Counted from the stretch's first letter, positions 41,173-51,690 are shown. The stretch: DNA of 64,000 nt from an uncultured delta proteobacterium (GCA_963696385.1 CAVOKF010000006.1:384001-448000); one strand, 5' to 3'. Notes: generated from the sequence alone by a model not told the origin. A program made the numbers and translations.

Positions 41173-42888
41173 ATGATCGGCCTCCGCAGGCGTGACCCCA
41201 CGCGCGTCAAGGGGCGAGACGGTCCGACTGGGGGGCATCGGCTGCCGCTCGCCGCCGGGCTGATTCTCGGCGCGGTCGCGACCGCCGCGCCGGCGAAAGC
41301 CGCGGATGCGATCGTCCGTCCGCATCAGACCCAGCAGATCATCAACGGCTTCGGCGCGTCCTCCGCGTGGGCCGACGACGACATGGACGACGCCGGCGCC
41401 GATCTCACATTTTCGATCGACGCCGGCGTGGGGCTCTCGCTGCTGCGCGTCCGTATCGCACCGGATGGGACCTGCGGCGAAGTGGCCACCGCGCAGAAGG
41501 CCGTCGCCCGGGGTGCCAACGTGTGGGCGACCCCATGGTCGCCGCCACCCGAGTGGAAGACCGGCACCGACGACGCCGGAAACGGCGGCACGCTCTCGCC
41601 CATGTACTACGGCGCCTGGGCGAGCCTCCTGGTTTCGTTCGTTCAGGGGATGCAGTCGCAAGGGATCCCCCTTTTGGGCCTCTCGGCCCAGAACGAGCCC
41701 ACGACGTCCGTGACCAACAACGGCGAGACGGTGGGCTACGAGTCGTGTCTGTACACCCCCGCCGCGCTCGCCCAATTCATCGGACAAAGTCTCGGTCCGG
41801 CACTGAGCGACGCGGGACTTCCGGACGGAGGGGTCCTCCCCATGGGAGTCATCGCGCCGGAGACGCAGGATTGGAACGCGTTCCAGAGTTTCGAACAGGA
41901 GATTGAGACCGACGACGCCGGCGCATGGAACCAGGTCGGCGTGCTGGCCTCGCACTCGTACGCGGGTACCCAACCGTCGCCGTATCCGGCGGTCGCTGAC
42001 GCCGGAAAGTCGCTCTGGGAGACCGAAGTGTACGACGAGACCAGCTCGAACCCAGACCCCGGCATCGGCAGCGGACTGTGGGTCGCGCGCGCCATTCATC
42101 AAGCTCTCGTCTCGGCCAACGCCAACGCCTGGCACTACTGGTGGATCTATCCACTCGGCCCCGGTCGCGGGGCCTTGTGGGACCCCGTTTCCGACGGGGG
42201 GTCCGGTTTTCAGCCCACCAAGCGTCTGTACGCCATGGGCAATTACAGTCGCTTCGTACGCCCTGGGTTTTTGCGCGTTGCGGCCACCGAGGTCCCCAAT
42301 CCATGTTGGGGGGTGGAAGTCAGCGCGTACTCCGATCCGCCATCGGGCAACCTCGTCGTCGTTGCGATCAACTTGGACACCGTCGCGCACACGCAGGGGT
42401 TCGCATTCGACGGCGTCACGACGGGATCTTGGACGTCCTGGGTGACGTCCGCCACCCAAAGCCTCGAGCCCGGCGACGCGGTTTCCGACGTCGGTTCCGA
42501 CGGCGGCGAAACGGGCCGCGTGGTCTACACGCTTGCGCCGCAAAGCGTCACGACGCTGCAAATGCAGGTCACCGACGCGGGACCGCCGCTGCCGGCGGAT
42601 TCGGATGCCTCCGCGTGTGTTGCGGACGCCGCGCCGCCGAAGCAAGGTTGTGGGCTGGCATGCTCGACGGCCGCGGTTCGCGCTTCGGGCGGCGGTGGCG
42701 GGGGCCTTCTGAACGGATCGGCCGCCGCCGCATGCGCTGCGGTTGCAGCCGCTCTCGGCCGCCGCGCCACGCGCCGCCGGTCGAAGCGTGCGCGATCGGC
42801 CGGGCGCGCGCGGTCCCCCGACCAATCGGCGCCGGTCGGCCTGCCGCGCGATGAGCGCCGACCGGAGCCCACGGCTTCGGTGCTCTAA
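41173..42888 (+). CDS. GH30 xylanase-like hydrolase with MYXO-CTERM-like tail
   Basis: QIINGFGAS, TPWSPP..WK, QNEP, WETE, AWHYWW and YSRFVRPG. Tail is GCGLAC, hydrophobic stretch, then RRR. Confidence 0.88.
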   Translation: MIGLRRRDPTRVKGRDGPTGGHRLPLAAGLILGAVATAAPAKAADAIVRPHQTQQIINGFGASSAWADDDMDDAGADLTFSIDAGVGLSLLRVRIAPDGTCGEVATAQKAVARGANVWATPWSPPPEWKTGTDDAGNGGTLSPMYYGAWASLLVSFVQGMQSQGIPLLGLSAQNEPTTSVTNNGETVGYESCLYTPAALAQFIGQSLGPALSDAGLPDGGVLPMGVIAPETQDWNAFQSFEQEIETDDAGAWNQVGVLASHSYAGTQPSPYPAVADAGKSLWETEVYDETSSNPDPGIGSGLWVARAIHQALVSANANAWHYWWIYPLGPGRGALWDPVSDGGSGFQPTKRLYAMGNYSRFVRPGFLRVAATEVPNPCWGVEVSAYSDPPSGNLVVVAINLDTVAHTQGFAFDGVTTGSWTSWVTSATQSLEPGDAVSDVGSDGGETGRVVYTLAPQSVTTLQMQVTDAGPPLPADSDASACVADAAPPKQGCGLACSTAAVRASGGGGGGLLNGSAAAACAAVAAALGRRATRRRSKRARSAGRARSPDQSAPVGLPRDERRPEPTASVL

Positions 42889-44442
42889 AGCGGCCGATAG
42901 TCGAACCAGTCGAAGTCGGCCGGCGAGGCAGACGGCCGGCCGTTGCCGGTCGCGTAGAGCCCGATGCACGTACCGGTAAAATGGTTCTGGCCGGAGGCTT
43001 GGATCCGTTCGGTGCACAGGTTCCGGGTCGGCAGCGCTCCGAGCGTCGCGAGCGCATCGGTCGCGCCGGCGCGGAAGGTGTACCGCTCCGCGGTCGCCGA
43101 CAGCTCGATCTCGACCGGGCCTTCGCCCAACGGGTGCCGAGCGAGGACGCGCGACACTCCGCGGACTCGGCTTCGAAGGACCGCCTCGCGCCCGGACGGC
43201 CCGAGACGAATCGCGAGGTCGTAGTGAAAGCTCTCGGTCGCACGCACCGTCAGACCGGCCTCTTCGTCGGTGCGGCCGGGCGAGAAGTCGAGCGAGGTCC
43301 GACAACAGAGGTCGAAGTGCTGCTGGCGGCGGACGACCAGGGCGGGGGAGTCGACGTCGTCGAGCGTCACGCGGGATCCGAAAAGGCGCAAGAACCCCGG
43401 CCGCGCGCGGAGCGACCGGTCGCGCGGGTACGGGTTGCGGAGAAAGCTCCAGACCGGGTCCAGATTCGGATCGTCGAAATCGTCTCGCTCCCGCCAAGGC
43501 ACCGGCGCCGCATCGAGTGCGGGACCCGGCATGTCGAGCTCGAATCCGGCCCTGATCGCCGATCACGGGCCACCCATCCCGAGTCCACGTGACCCCGGCC
43601 AAGAAGGTCTCGCGCCCCAGATGATGGTGCTTGCCGTGCTTCGGACGAATCCCGAGCAGCACCGCCCACCACGTCCCGTCGGCAAGCTCGACGAGGTCGG
43701 CGTGTCCGAGCGCTTGGATCGGATGGCGCGGGCGGAGCCGATGCGTCACGATCGGATTGCTCGGACACGCGTCGAACGGTCCGAAGGGCGCTGAACTGCG
43801 CGCGACGATCTCGGTGTGCCCGTACCCCGTGCCGCCCTCGGCAATCATCAGGTAATACGTGGTCCCGATCTTGTAGAGATGGGGCGCTTCCGGCCAGATG
43901 CCGCCCGTCCCCGCCCAGATGCGACGCGGACGCCCGAGCAGCTTGCCGGTCTTCACGTCCAACGTGGTCTGAACGATGACCGGGTGGTCGAAGTCCGCCC
44001 CCTTGCCGTTTCTTGTATAATACACATTGTCGTCGACGAACGACAGAGACGGATCGATTCCGTCCGTATCCAACCAGACGGGATCGGACCACGGCCCTTC
44101 GGGACGCTTGGCCGTTACGAAGAAATTGCCGCCGCCCCCGACATGGGTCGTGACGACGTAGAAGCGGCCGCGCGCGTGACGAATCGTCGGCGCGTAAATC
44201 CCGCCGGACGCGCGTATGCGGTGCAAATCGAGCTGGCTCTTTCGGGTAAGGACGTGACCGATCGGCCGCCAGTGAACGAGATCGCGGCTATGAAAAATCG
44301 GGACGCCCGGAAAGTACTCGAAGCTGCTCGTGACCAGGTAAAAGTCGGGTCCGACCCTGCACACGCTCGGGTCCGGGTGGAATCCGGCGATGACGGGGTT
44401 CGAGAACGTCGGCACGGCGACTGCGCGGGAAAAGACGCTCAC
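42885..44442 (-). pseudogene. GH43 beta-xylosidase/arabinofuranosidase with one +1 frameshift near 43543 (possibly a sequencing error)
   Basis: NPVIAGFHPDPS, YAPTI, GIDP, WPEAPH and LGRETFL in one frame. The C-terminal ConA-like domain (ADFDWFDY) is in another. Removing one A at 43543-43544 gives GRI-ELDMPG. Confidence 0.9.
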
Positions 44443-45491
44443 GCAGCTTGGACGTCGACGACGATTTTGATCGTGCTCGGCTCTTCGCGATCCAGCTGAT
44501 CGAACGCCCGGGCGATGTCGTTGAGCGGCATCGTGTGCGTGATGAGTGAATCGGGATGCAAGAGGCCCTTGCCGAGCAGACGAATGGCGCGCGGGAACTC
44601 GCCGAGCGTCACCCGCGATGCGATGATTTCGCCCTCTTTGATGACGAGCGTCTTGAAGTGGACGGCGGCGGGTTGTTCACCGAGACCGGCGGTCACGATG
44701 CGTCCCCCGTGGCGAATCATCTTCACGGCTTGCGCCAACGGGGCCTCCTGTCCGCCCACCGGGTGATGGTGGCCGATGCATTCGATGACGCAGTCGACCC
44801 CGACTCCGCGGGTGAGATCGAGAACGCGATCGACCGGATCCTCGCTCGTGGCATCGATCGCGTAGTCGGCCCCGAGCGCCCGCGCCGTCTGCAATCGGAA
44901 CGGTTGCACGTCGCAGATCAGGGTGACGGCGGCCCCCGCGCTGTGACAGAGCACGTCGAGCACCGCCAGTCCGAGTTTGCCGGCCCCCAGAATGGCCACG
45001 GTCTCGCCGGGCTGCACCCGCCCGCGACGCAAGATGTGGTGGCCCAGGCTGTAGACCTCCACGAGCGGCACCTGATGCATCGGGACGTTGTCGGGCAAGG
45101 CGAAGACGTGACCGGCAGGGACGTTGATCAGCTGGCCGAAGCCGCCGTCGAGGTCCACGCCCAGAAGCTTCAGCGTTCGACAGGCATTGATCTGCCCGAC
45201 GAGACACGACGCGCAGCGATGGCAGGACACGATGGGATCGACGGCCACCCGATCTCCGACCTTGAGTCCGCCGACGTTTTTGCCGAGCTCGACGATCGTG
45301 CCGCCGAACTCGTGACCGAGGATGGCCGGGAAATTCACACGGCTGCGAAATTCACCGCGAAAAATGTGAAGATCGGTGCCGCAAAGGCCGGCGTACGCCG
45401 GCTGAATCAAGACTTCGCCGGGGCCGAGGACCGGATCGGGCGCATGGCCCAGGCGGATGTTTCGATCGTCGAACAGAATGCCGGCTTTCAT
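44439..45491 (-). CDS. Zn-dependent sugar(-acid) dehydrogenase (MDR family)
   Basis: GLCGTD, GHEFGG, C..C..C......C Zn site and GAGKLG. Confidence 0.92.
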   Translation of the reverse strand: MKAGILFDDRNIRLGHAPDPVLGPGEVLIQPAYAGLCGTDLHIFRGEFRSRVNFPAILGHEFGGTIVELGKNVGGLKVGDRVAVDPIVSCHRCASCLVGQINACRTLKLLGVDLDGGFGQLINVPAGHVFALPDNVPMHQVPLVEVYSLGHHILRRGRVQPGETVAILGAGKLGLAVLDVLCHSAGAAVTLICDVQPFRLQTARALGADYAIDATSEDPVDRVLDLTRGVGVDCVIECIGHHHPVGGQEAPLAQAVKMIRHGGRIVTAGLGEQPAAVHFKTLVIKEGEIIASRVTLGEFPRAIRLLGKGLLHPDSLITHTMPLNDIARAFDQLDREEPSTIKIVVDVQAA

Positions 45492-45517
45492 GGGTCCTCT
45501 AGCGTGCGGCGGAACGG

Positions 45518-46393
45518 CTACAGCCGGTAGGCGCGCCGCGCCGTGCCACCGAGGATTTGGGCGCGCTCGGTCGGCGTGAGTTCGGCGACGAATCTCCGAA
45601 CCGACTCGACCCACTTCCGGTAGGTCGAGGCCAGAAGGCACACCGGCCAATCGCTGCCGAAGAGGATCCGATCCGGGCCGAACGCCTCGAGGGTGGCATC
45701 CAGGTACGGGCGCAGATCGGCGTCGGTCCAACGGGCGGGTGCGGCCTCGGTCACCAGGCCCGAGAGCTTACAATACACTTGCGGCCGGCGCGCAAGCTCT
45801 CCGACCTGAGCGCGCCATGGATCGAGGGCGCCGTCGCGGATGCGCGGCTTTGCCGCGTGGTCCAGGACAAACACTTGGCCGGGGTGCCGGTCGACGAACG
45901 CGATTGCGGCCGGGATTTGTCGATCGACAATGAGGATATCGTACGCCAACCCGAATTCGCGCAGCGCGGCGATGCCGGCGTTGAAGTCGGGGCGCTCCAA
46001 GAAGGTCGGATCGGGCTCCTCCTGGACGACGTGTCGCACGCCGCGCAGCGTGCGACCGGCCGCCGTGAGGCTCACGAGGTCCGCGCGTACCGACGGACTG
46101 GCGAGCGGTACCCAGCCGACGACACCGACGATGAATTCGTGCGCAGCCGCCAGGCTCACGAGCCACCTGGTTTCGTCAATCGTTTGCCGCGCCTGAACGC
46201 TGATCACCGCATCCACCCCGGCTCGGCCAATCTCGCAGGCGAGGTCGGCGGGCAGCCAGTCGCGCTTGAGGACGGACATCGAATCGTCGATCCATGGGTA
46301 GGCCGTCGGGTCGTATCGCCAGAAGTGATGATGCGCATCGATCACCGGATCCGGGGATCCGGAGACGACGGGGGCAGCGATATCGGGGCTCAC
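45518..46393 (-). CDS. Amidohydrolase_2 family sugar lactonase (L-fucono-/L-galactono-lactonase-like)
   Basis: IDAHHHFW, VQARQT, GVRH, VLDH.AKP, CKLSG and FGSDWPVC. Confidence 0.9.
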   Translation of the reverse strand: MSPDIAAPVVSGSPDPVIDAHHHFWRYDPTAYPWIDDSMSVLKRDWLPADLACEIGRAGVDAVISVQARQTIDETRWLVSLAAAHEFIVGVVGWVPLASPSVRADLVSLTAAGRTLRGVRHVVQEEPDPTFLERPDFNAGIAALREFGLAYDILIVDRQIPAAIAFVDRHPGQVFVLDHAAKPRIRDGALDPWRAQVGELARRPQVYCKLSGLVTEAAPARWTDADLRPYLDATLEAFGPDRILFGSDWPVCLLASTYRKWVESVRRFVAELTPTERAQILGGTARRAYRL

Positions 46394-46398
46394 GAGCG

Positions 46399-46614
46399 TC
46401 AGGGCGTGTTCGCCGTGTCCACGGGCGCGCAGTTCTTCCGTCCCGACGAGACGCAGTCCTGCACACTCGATGCGTCGCGGAGGCGGAATGCGATCAGCAG
46501 GCCGCCGGCGACGAGCACGACGAGCACGATGACGGGCAAGAGTCCGAACGGATTGTCGCGGACCTCGTCGTCCTCGGGCGGCTCTGGGGCGGCGGGGTCG
46601 ACTCCGGGATCCAC
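46399..46614 (-). CDS. Small single-TM hypothetical protein
   Basis: Acidic N-terminus, TM helix, then QDCVSSGRKNCAP. Start uncertain. Confidence 0.55.
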   Translation of the reverse strand: MDPGVDPAAPEPPEDDEVRDNPFGLLPVIVLVVLVAGGLLIAFRLRDASSVQDCVSSGRKNCAPVDTANTP

Positions 46615-46804
46615 GGTCCGCCGAGTGTGCCACAGTCGAGCCCCGGATCGCTGCCGAAACGGCAGAAATTCGTGCTTCAGGCGCGGCCGGATCGGCTGCC
46701 GGACTTTCGCCTGCTCTTTCAAACGACCCCGGGCCTGCCGCTGCAAGAAGCGCGAGCGACGCAGCCGCGAGCCGGACCGGCAGGCCGGCCGATGGGGCGA
46801 GGAT

Positions 46805-48253
46805 CTATCCGCGCGAAGCCGCCGGCGTGGTCCACCAACCGCCGCCGAGTGCCACGTACAGCATCACAGTATCCTGCAATCGCTGGCCGACCGCCTGAAC
46901 GTATCCAATTTTCGCTTGCAAGTACTGTCCGTCGGCCACGAGCATTTGCAGATACGTCGCGATCCCCGCCTGGTAGTTGGCCTGCATGAGCCGCATGGCG
47001 TGCTCCGCGGTATCGACGGCCTCGGTCTCTGCGAGGACGGTGTCGGCGTCGTGGGTCAATCCGCGCAGCGTGTCGGCCACCTCTTCAAAGGCCGCGAGGA
47101 CCGTCTGCCGGTACTGCGCGGCAGCGGCCTCGCGCGCCTCGACCGCAGCTCTCCGCTGGTAGTAGAGCGTGCCTCCGCGGAAAATCGGTTGCGTCAGACC
47201 GGCCGCGACGTTCCAGGCAGCGCTTCCGGCGGCGAAGAGGTTCCCCAGTGTGGTGTTGTTGATGCCGAACCCCGCGCTCAGGGTCACGTTGGGCAGCATC
47301 GCCGCGGTGGCCACGCCGATGGTGGCGTTGGCGGCGTGAAGCTCGGCTTCGGCGATGAGCACGTCGGGGCGCTGGCGAACGAGCTCCGACGGGACGGCCA
47401 GCGGCAGATCCGCGGGGATCTTCAAGTCCGCAAGCGTCAGAGTCGGTTGGACCCCGTCGGCCGGAGTCATGCCGGTCAGCGCACTGAGAAGGTGGGAAGT
47501 CTGGTCGATCTTCTCCTCGAGCGGGGGCAGTGCCGCCTCGGTGCTGGCCAGCTGACTGCGCAAGCTGAGCACGGTCGAGTAGGGCACGGTCCCTCCGGCC
47601 GCCTGCGCTTCTGCGATGCGCACCTGCTCGCGCAAAAGGACCGCGGTCACCTTCGTGGCATCGATCTCGTCACGATACGCCGCCTGCGCGATGACGCCGT
47701 CCACGACATTGCCCGCGAGCATCACGTACGCGCCCGCGAGCGTGTATCGCTCTGCGTCCACGGCCGCCTGCAGCACCTCGGCTTGACGGCGTGCTCCACC
47801 CCAAATGTCGATCGCGTAGCTGACGGTCCCGGACAAGGAGAAGAGGTTGAAGGTGTCGCTCGGAAGCACGCCCGGCGCGAGGTTGTAGCGCTGGCGGCTT
47901 ACGCCCGCGCCCGCGTTGACCTGCGGGAAAAACACGCCGTAGCCGGCGCGAAGGTCGTCCTGCGTCTTTCGCAGGGTCGCGCGCGCGGCGTCGAGCCCCG
48001 GGTTTTTCGCAATCGCCTCGCTTACGATCGAATCGAGCGCGGCGCAGCGCAGAACGCGCCACCACTGGGTCGAAATCGGTTGCCCTTCGACGAATCGCTG
48101 GCTCACCCCGTCGGCGGCGACCGTCGCCTCGAGGGGCTCGCGGGTGTAGGAGCGATCGTTCGGAGCCGCTGGACGATGGAAATCGGGCCCGACGGCGCAG
48201 TGGATGCTCGCGAGGCACAGGGCGAAAAGCGCAAACCGTCTTCGGCCGCGCAC
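46805..48253 (-). CDS. Outer-membrane efflux lipoprotein (NodT/TolC family)
   Basis: CAVGPDF..P, WW..., PSELVRQRPDV and LYVALGGGW. Confidence 0.95.
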   Translation of the reverse strand: MRGRRRFALFALCLASIHCAVGPDFHRPAAPNDRSYTREPLEATVAADGVSQRFVEGQPISTQWWRVLRCAALDSIVSEAIAKNPGLDAARATLRKTQDDLRAGYGVFFPQVNAGAGVSRQRYNLAPGVLPSDTFNLFSLSGTVSYAIDIWGGARRQAEVLQAAVDAERYTLAGAYVMLAGNVVDGVIAQAAYRDEIDATKVTAVLLREQVRIAEAQAAGGTVPYSTVLSLRSQLASTEAALPPLEEKIDQTSHLLSALTGMTPADGVQPTLTLADLKIPADLPLAVPSELVRQRPDVLIAEAELHAANATIGVATAAMLPNVTLSAGFGINNTTLGNLFAAGSAAWNVAAGLTQPIFRGGTLYYQRRAAVEAREAAAAQYRQTVLAAFEEVADTLRGLTHDADTVLAETEAVDTAEHAMRLMQANYQAGIATYLQMLVADGQYLQAKIGYVQAVGQRLQDTVMLYVALGGGWWTTPAASRG

Positions 48254-48254
48254 G

Positions 48255-49340
48255 TCACTTGCCCCCGATGTAGACGTCGACGAGCTCGCCGGGAAAGACC
48301 TGCACTCCCGGCGGCGGCTGAAAGCGGAAGATGATCGGCAGCACGCGCAAGTCGACTTTTTCCTGCCGTTGGTTCGACAGCTGAATCTTGGGCGAGACGT
48401 ACGGCTGCACGCGGACGAACTCGAGCGGGATCTTCGTGTCCGTTCCCCGGATGAACATCTGCGCCTGCAACTTGTCCCCCGTAGGCAGTCGCGGGATCAG
48501 GATCTCGTCGATATAGCAACGTACGGCGAGCATGCCTTTCGACGTGCCCATGACCACCAACGGGTCGAACCCCTGCGTGTAAGTGTCGTAACTGCCTTGA
48601 GGCGAGACGTAGCTGCCGACCGTGGCGTTGATGGACAAGACGATGCCGTCGGTCGGGGCCTTGATGGTGAACTTGGCGAGCAAGGCGCTCGAGGCTGCAT
48701 ACGCTTTCGCGAGCGCCTCGGTCTGCTTCTCCTGGTTGCGGATGTCGAACACCCACGCCCCTGCCTTGGTGAGATCGTATTGCCGCGTCACGACATCCAG
48801 GTTCGCCTTCGCGACCTTCTGTCCGTTGATCGCGTTGTCGAGCGCGTCTTTGCTCACCGACTCGGGGTCGAGATTGTAGGATTTCTGCTGCTTTTCGAGC
48901 GTATCCTGGGCGGTCTTGAGGCTCGCCTGCGCCATTTCGACCTGCGCGCGCGCCACTTCGAAGCTCTCTCGGCGGGGCTGCGCCCGGAGCTCTTCGAGCA
49001 GCGCCTGGGCGGCTTCCGCCTGCGAACGCTGCTGGTCGGCGGTCGCTTTCTGGATCGAGTCGTCAATCTGGACGAGAGGGGTGCCCTGCGTGACTTGCTG
49101 GCCCTCGGTCACGAGGATGCGGGTGATGGACCCCGACACCTCGGCATAGAGGTTGGTGTTCTCCCCGTTGGACTGGTCGCTCTCTACGATCCCGTTGGCG
49201 TAGATGCCCTTGGCATAGGGGTTCGGAGCCGGGTTGAAGACGGGTGCCAGCGGCTTGTTCGGAACGGCATAGACGTAGGCGCTCACCAGAGCTCCGATTG
49301 CGCCGACGCCGACGAGGATGAAGATCATCGTGTTACGCAT
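48255..49340 (-). CDS. Membrane fusion protein (HlyD/DevB-like)
   Basis: N-terminal anchor, lipoyl half-motifs (V.EGQ.V..G, IKAPTDG) and a coiled coil. Confidence 0.92.
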   Translation of the reverse strand: MRNTMIFILVGVGAIGALVSAYVYAVPNKPLAPVFNPAPNPYAKGIYANGIVESDQSNGENTNLYAEVSGSITRILVTEGQQVTQGTPLVQIDDSIQKATADQQRSQAEAAQALLEELRAQPRRESFEVARAQVEMAQASLKTAQDTLEKQQKSYNLDPESVSKDALDNAINGQKVAKANLDVVTRQYDLTKAGAWVFDIRNQEKQTEALAKAYAASSALLAKFTIKAPTDGIVLSINATVGSYVSPQGSYDTYTQGFDPLVVMGTSKGMLAVRCYIDEILIPRLPTGDKLQAQMFIRGTDTKIPLEFVRVQPYVSPKIQLSNQRQEKVDLRVLPIIFRFQPPPGVQVFPGELVDVYIGGK

Positions 49341-50031
49341 CGGCTCGACCTTTGCCCTCGAGCAGTTGCCCGTCTTCCATGTGCAAGATGCGGTTCGCGA
49401 ATTCGTAAATGCGATCGTCGTGAGTCACGACGACGATGCATCGATGCTCGTTGAGAACGTCGCGTTTCACGAATTCGACGATTTTTTTCCCGGTATCGCC
49501 GTCGAGCGACGCCGTGGGTTCGTCGAAAATCATCAGGTCCGGACCGCTCGCGAGAGCGCGCGCGATCGCGACGCGCTGCTGCTCGCCGCCGCTCAACCTG
49601 CCCGGATGAAGCTTCGCGCGCGACGCGAGGCCGACGACGTCCAGATACTTCATGGCTTCTTGCATGGCGTGGTCCCAGGGACGTCGTTTGAGCACGAGAG
49701 GAATGGCCACGTTTTCGGCCGTCGTGAGGTTCGGGAAAAGGTGAAAATCCTGAAATACGAAGCCGATCTTGTTGAGACGAAAATCCGCAAGAGCATTCTC
49801 GCCGAGACCCCACACGTCCGTGTCCTCCACGTGCACCGTCCCCGAGTCCGGCCGCAGGATTCCCGAGATGATGCTCAAGAGCGTCGTCTTGCCGCTGCCG
49901 GACGGGCCGACGATGTACAGCATCTCACGAAAATGAGCCTCGAAGCTCACCTCCCGCACGGCGCACGTCTTGGCCTCTCCCTGACCGAACCACTTGGTCA
50001 CTCGGTCGGCCCGAATCGCAACGGCATCCAT
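49333..50031 (-). CDS. ABC exporter ATP-binding subunit (DevA/LolD-like)
   Basis: [25 protein letters not shown] and VTHD. Confidence 0.95.
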   Translation of the reverse strand: MDAVAIRADRVTKWFGQGEAKTCAVREVSFEAHFREMLYIVGPSGSGKTTLLSIISGILRPDSGTVHVEDTDVWGLGENALADFRLNKIGFVFQDFHLFPNLTTAENVAIPLVLKRRPWDHAMQEAMKYLDVVGLASRAKLHPGRLSGGEQQRVAIARALASGPDLMIFDEPTASLDGDTGKKIVEFVKRDVLNEHRCIVVVTHDDRIYEFANRILHMEDGQLLEGKGRADA

Positions 50032-50032
50032 G

Positions 50033-51169
50033 TCAACCCCGGAAGATGTCGTAGGGGTCGATGCGCAAGACCTTGCGAACCGCGATGTACCCGGAGAACG
50101 CCGAGATGATAAGGACCATGCCGAGCGCCAGGGCGAGATTCGAATAGGTGACGATCGAGGCGTAATCGGGCATCCAGAGCTTCGCGAGAGCGATGAGGCC
50201 CGCGCACAGCCCGATGCCGAGGCCGTACCCGGCCAAGCCCGTGATCCCCGCTTGGAAGAAGATCATGGCCACGAGCTCCCGGCCCTTGGCACCGATGGCC
50301 TTGAGGGCGCCGAACTTATCGATGTTTTCGAGCACGAACGTATAGAAAGTCTGTCCCGAGATCGACAGCCCGACGATGAAGCTGATGGTGGTCATCAGCA
50401 GAAGGTTGGTCCCCATCCCCGTGTGCAGCATGTACCAGCTCGTGATGCGATCGATGAGCCCCTGTTCGGTCACGACGTCGTATCCGAGTCGGTGCACCTC
50501 GTCCTGGATGTGAGCGATGGCGGCGGCGTTTCGCGGCTCGACGAGAATGAACGATATCGTGTACCTCATCGAGGGGATGTACTGAATGGCGCGATTGAAC
50601 GTCGTATAGAGGGTCGGGATGCCGAAGAGACCGCTCGCCGGCACTTTCGCGATTCCGACGATGACCCCACGGTTGTCGTTGAGCTCGAACGCGGTGCCCA
50701 TCTTGGGGTTCTCGAGTTTCGGGTACTCCTCGTCCTTGACCACTACGAAGCCGTTCTCGGCGTAGATGTCGGCGATGTTGCCTTCGATGAGCGCCGGTCG
50801 CCCGAACAGACTCGTGTCGTCGAGGCCGAGCACCGTCACGGGCTGGTAGGTCCCGTCTGCGAGGCGGACGAGCCCCGCGCCGGAATACAAAGGGACCGCG
50901 TAGGTCACGCCCTCGATGCTCCGGACGGCGTCGAGCACGTAGTCGGGCATGGGGATGGCGCTGCTCACATTGGTGACGGCGCGGTCCATGACCCAGACCT
51001 TGGCGCCGGTATTGGTCACCGTCGCGGAGGCCTTCTTCATGATGCCCGAGAACATCGACGTCATCTGAACCATCAGGAACACGGAAAACGTGAGCCCCAT
51101 GAGCAGGGCCGCGAACTTGCCTTTGTCGTTGACGAGAAGCTTGTAGGCAATGCGCAGAATGCCGGACAC
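50033..51169 (-). CDS. ABC exporter permease (DevC/MacB-FtsX-like)
   Basis: TM helix, periplasmic domain, then three TM helices. FGALKAIGA and RIDPYDIFRG. Confidence 0.9.
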   Translation of the reverse strand: MSGILRIAYKLLVNDKGKFAALLMGLTFSVFLMVQMTSMFSGIMKKASATVTNTGAKVWVMDRAVTNVSSAIPMPDYVLDAVRSIEGVTYAVPLYSGAGLVRLADGTYQPVTVLGLDDTSLFGRPALIEGNIADIYAENGFVVVKDEEYPKLENPKMGTAFELNDNRGVIVGIAKVPASGLFGIPTLYTTFNRAIQYIPSMRYTISFILVEPRNAAAIAHIQDEVHRLGYDVVTEQGLIDRITSWYMLHTGMGTNLLLMTTISFIVGLSISGQTFYTFVLENIDKFGALKAIGAKGRELVAMIFFQAGITGLAGYGLGIGLCAGLIALAKLWMPDYASIVTYSNLALALGMVLIISAFSGYIAVRKVLRIDPYDIFRG

Positions 51170-51174
51170 GGGGA

Positions 51175-51660
51175 TCAACCCTTGGGCGGCGCGGCGGCCT
51201 TCGGGGATTCGCCGTCGGGCAAATGCACCGTGAGAACGGGGCACGGCGCCGTCCGAACGACCTTCTCTGCAACGCTTCCGAGCAGCGCGCGAGCCATGCC
51301 ACGACGGCCGTGAGTCCCCATCACGATGAGGTCCGCCTTCGTCTCCGCCGCGGCGGACGTGATCTCCACCCAGGGCACGCCGCGCCGAAGAGACAAAGCG
51401 ACGGCCGTGTTCGCGTGAATCAGCCGCGCCTTGATGTCCTCGAGCGAGCTCGCCGCCGCGCGTTCGATTTCCGACGAAAAATCGAAGCTCGCGATGAACG
51501 CGTCGGGATAGGCATACGCAGGAACCTCGTACGCGTGGACGATGGTGAGCCGCGCGCCGAACTTTTCCGCGAGCGCGACGCCGTAGGCGAGGGCGCGTTC
51601 CGCCGTGTCGCTGAAGTCGTGAGGGACCAGAATGTGCCGGATGGCGGGGGCGGGAATCAT
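51175..51660 (-). CDS. Universal stress protein
   Basis: HILVPHDFS and DLIVMGTHGR.G...LLGSVAEKVVR.APCPVL. Confidence 0.95.
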   Translation of the reverse strand: MIPAPAIRHILVPHDFSDTAERALAYGVALAEKFGARLTIVHAYEVPAYAYPDAFIASFDFSSEIERAAASSLEDIKARLIHANTAVALSLRRGVPWVEITSAAAETKADLIVMGTHGRRGMARALLGSVAEKVVRTAPCPVLTVHLPDGESPKAAAPPKG

Positions 51661-51674
51661 ACCCTGTGGCCCGA

Positions 51675-51690
51675 TGCAATGGTCCGGCCA
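51675..51690 (-). promoter_or_regulatory. sigma54 promoter for the usp-exporter operon
   Basis: Minus strand TGGCCGGACCATTGCA (GG-N10-GC). The ATG starts 16 nt after the -12 C. Confidence 0.7.

Noticed and set aside
40864..43540. C-terminal part of the 1192 aa 'GH43' ORF
   Set aside because: Read-through caused by the frameshift; antisense to GH30.
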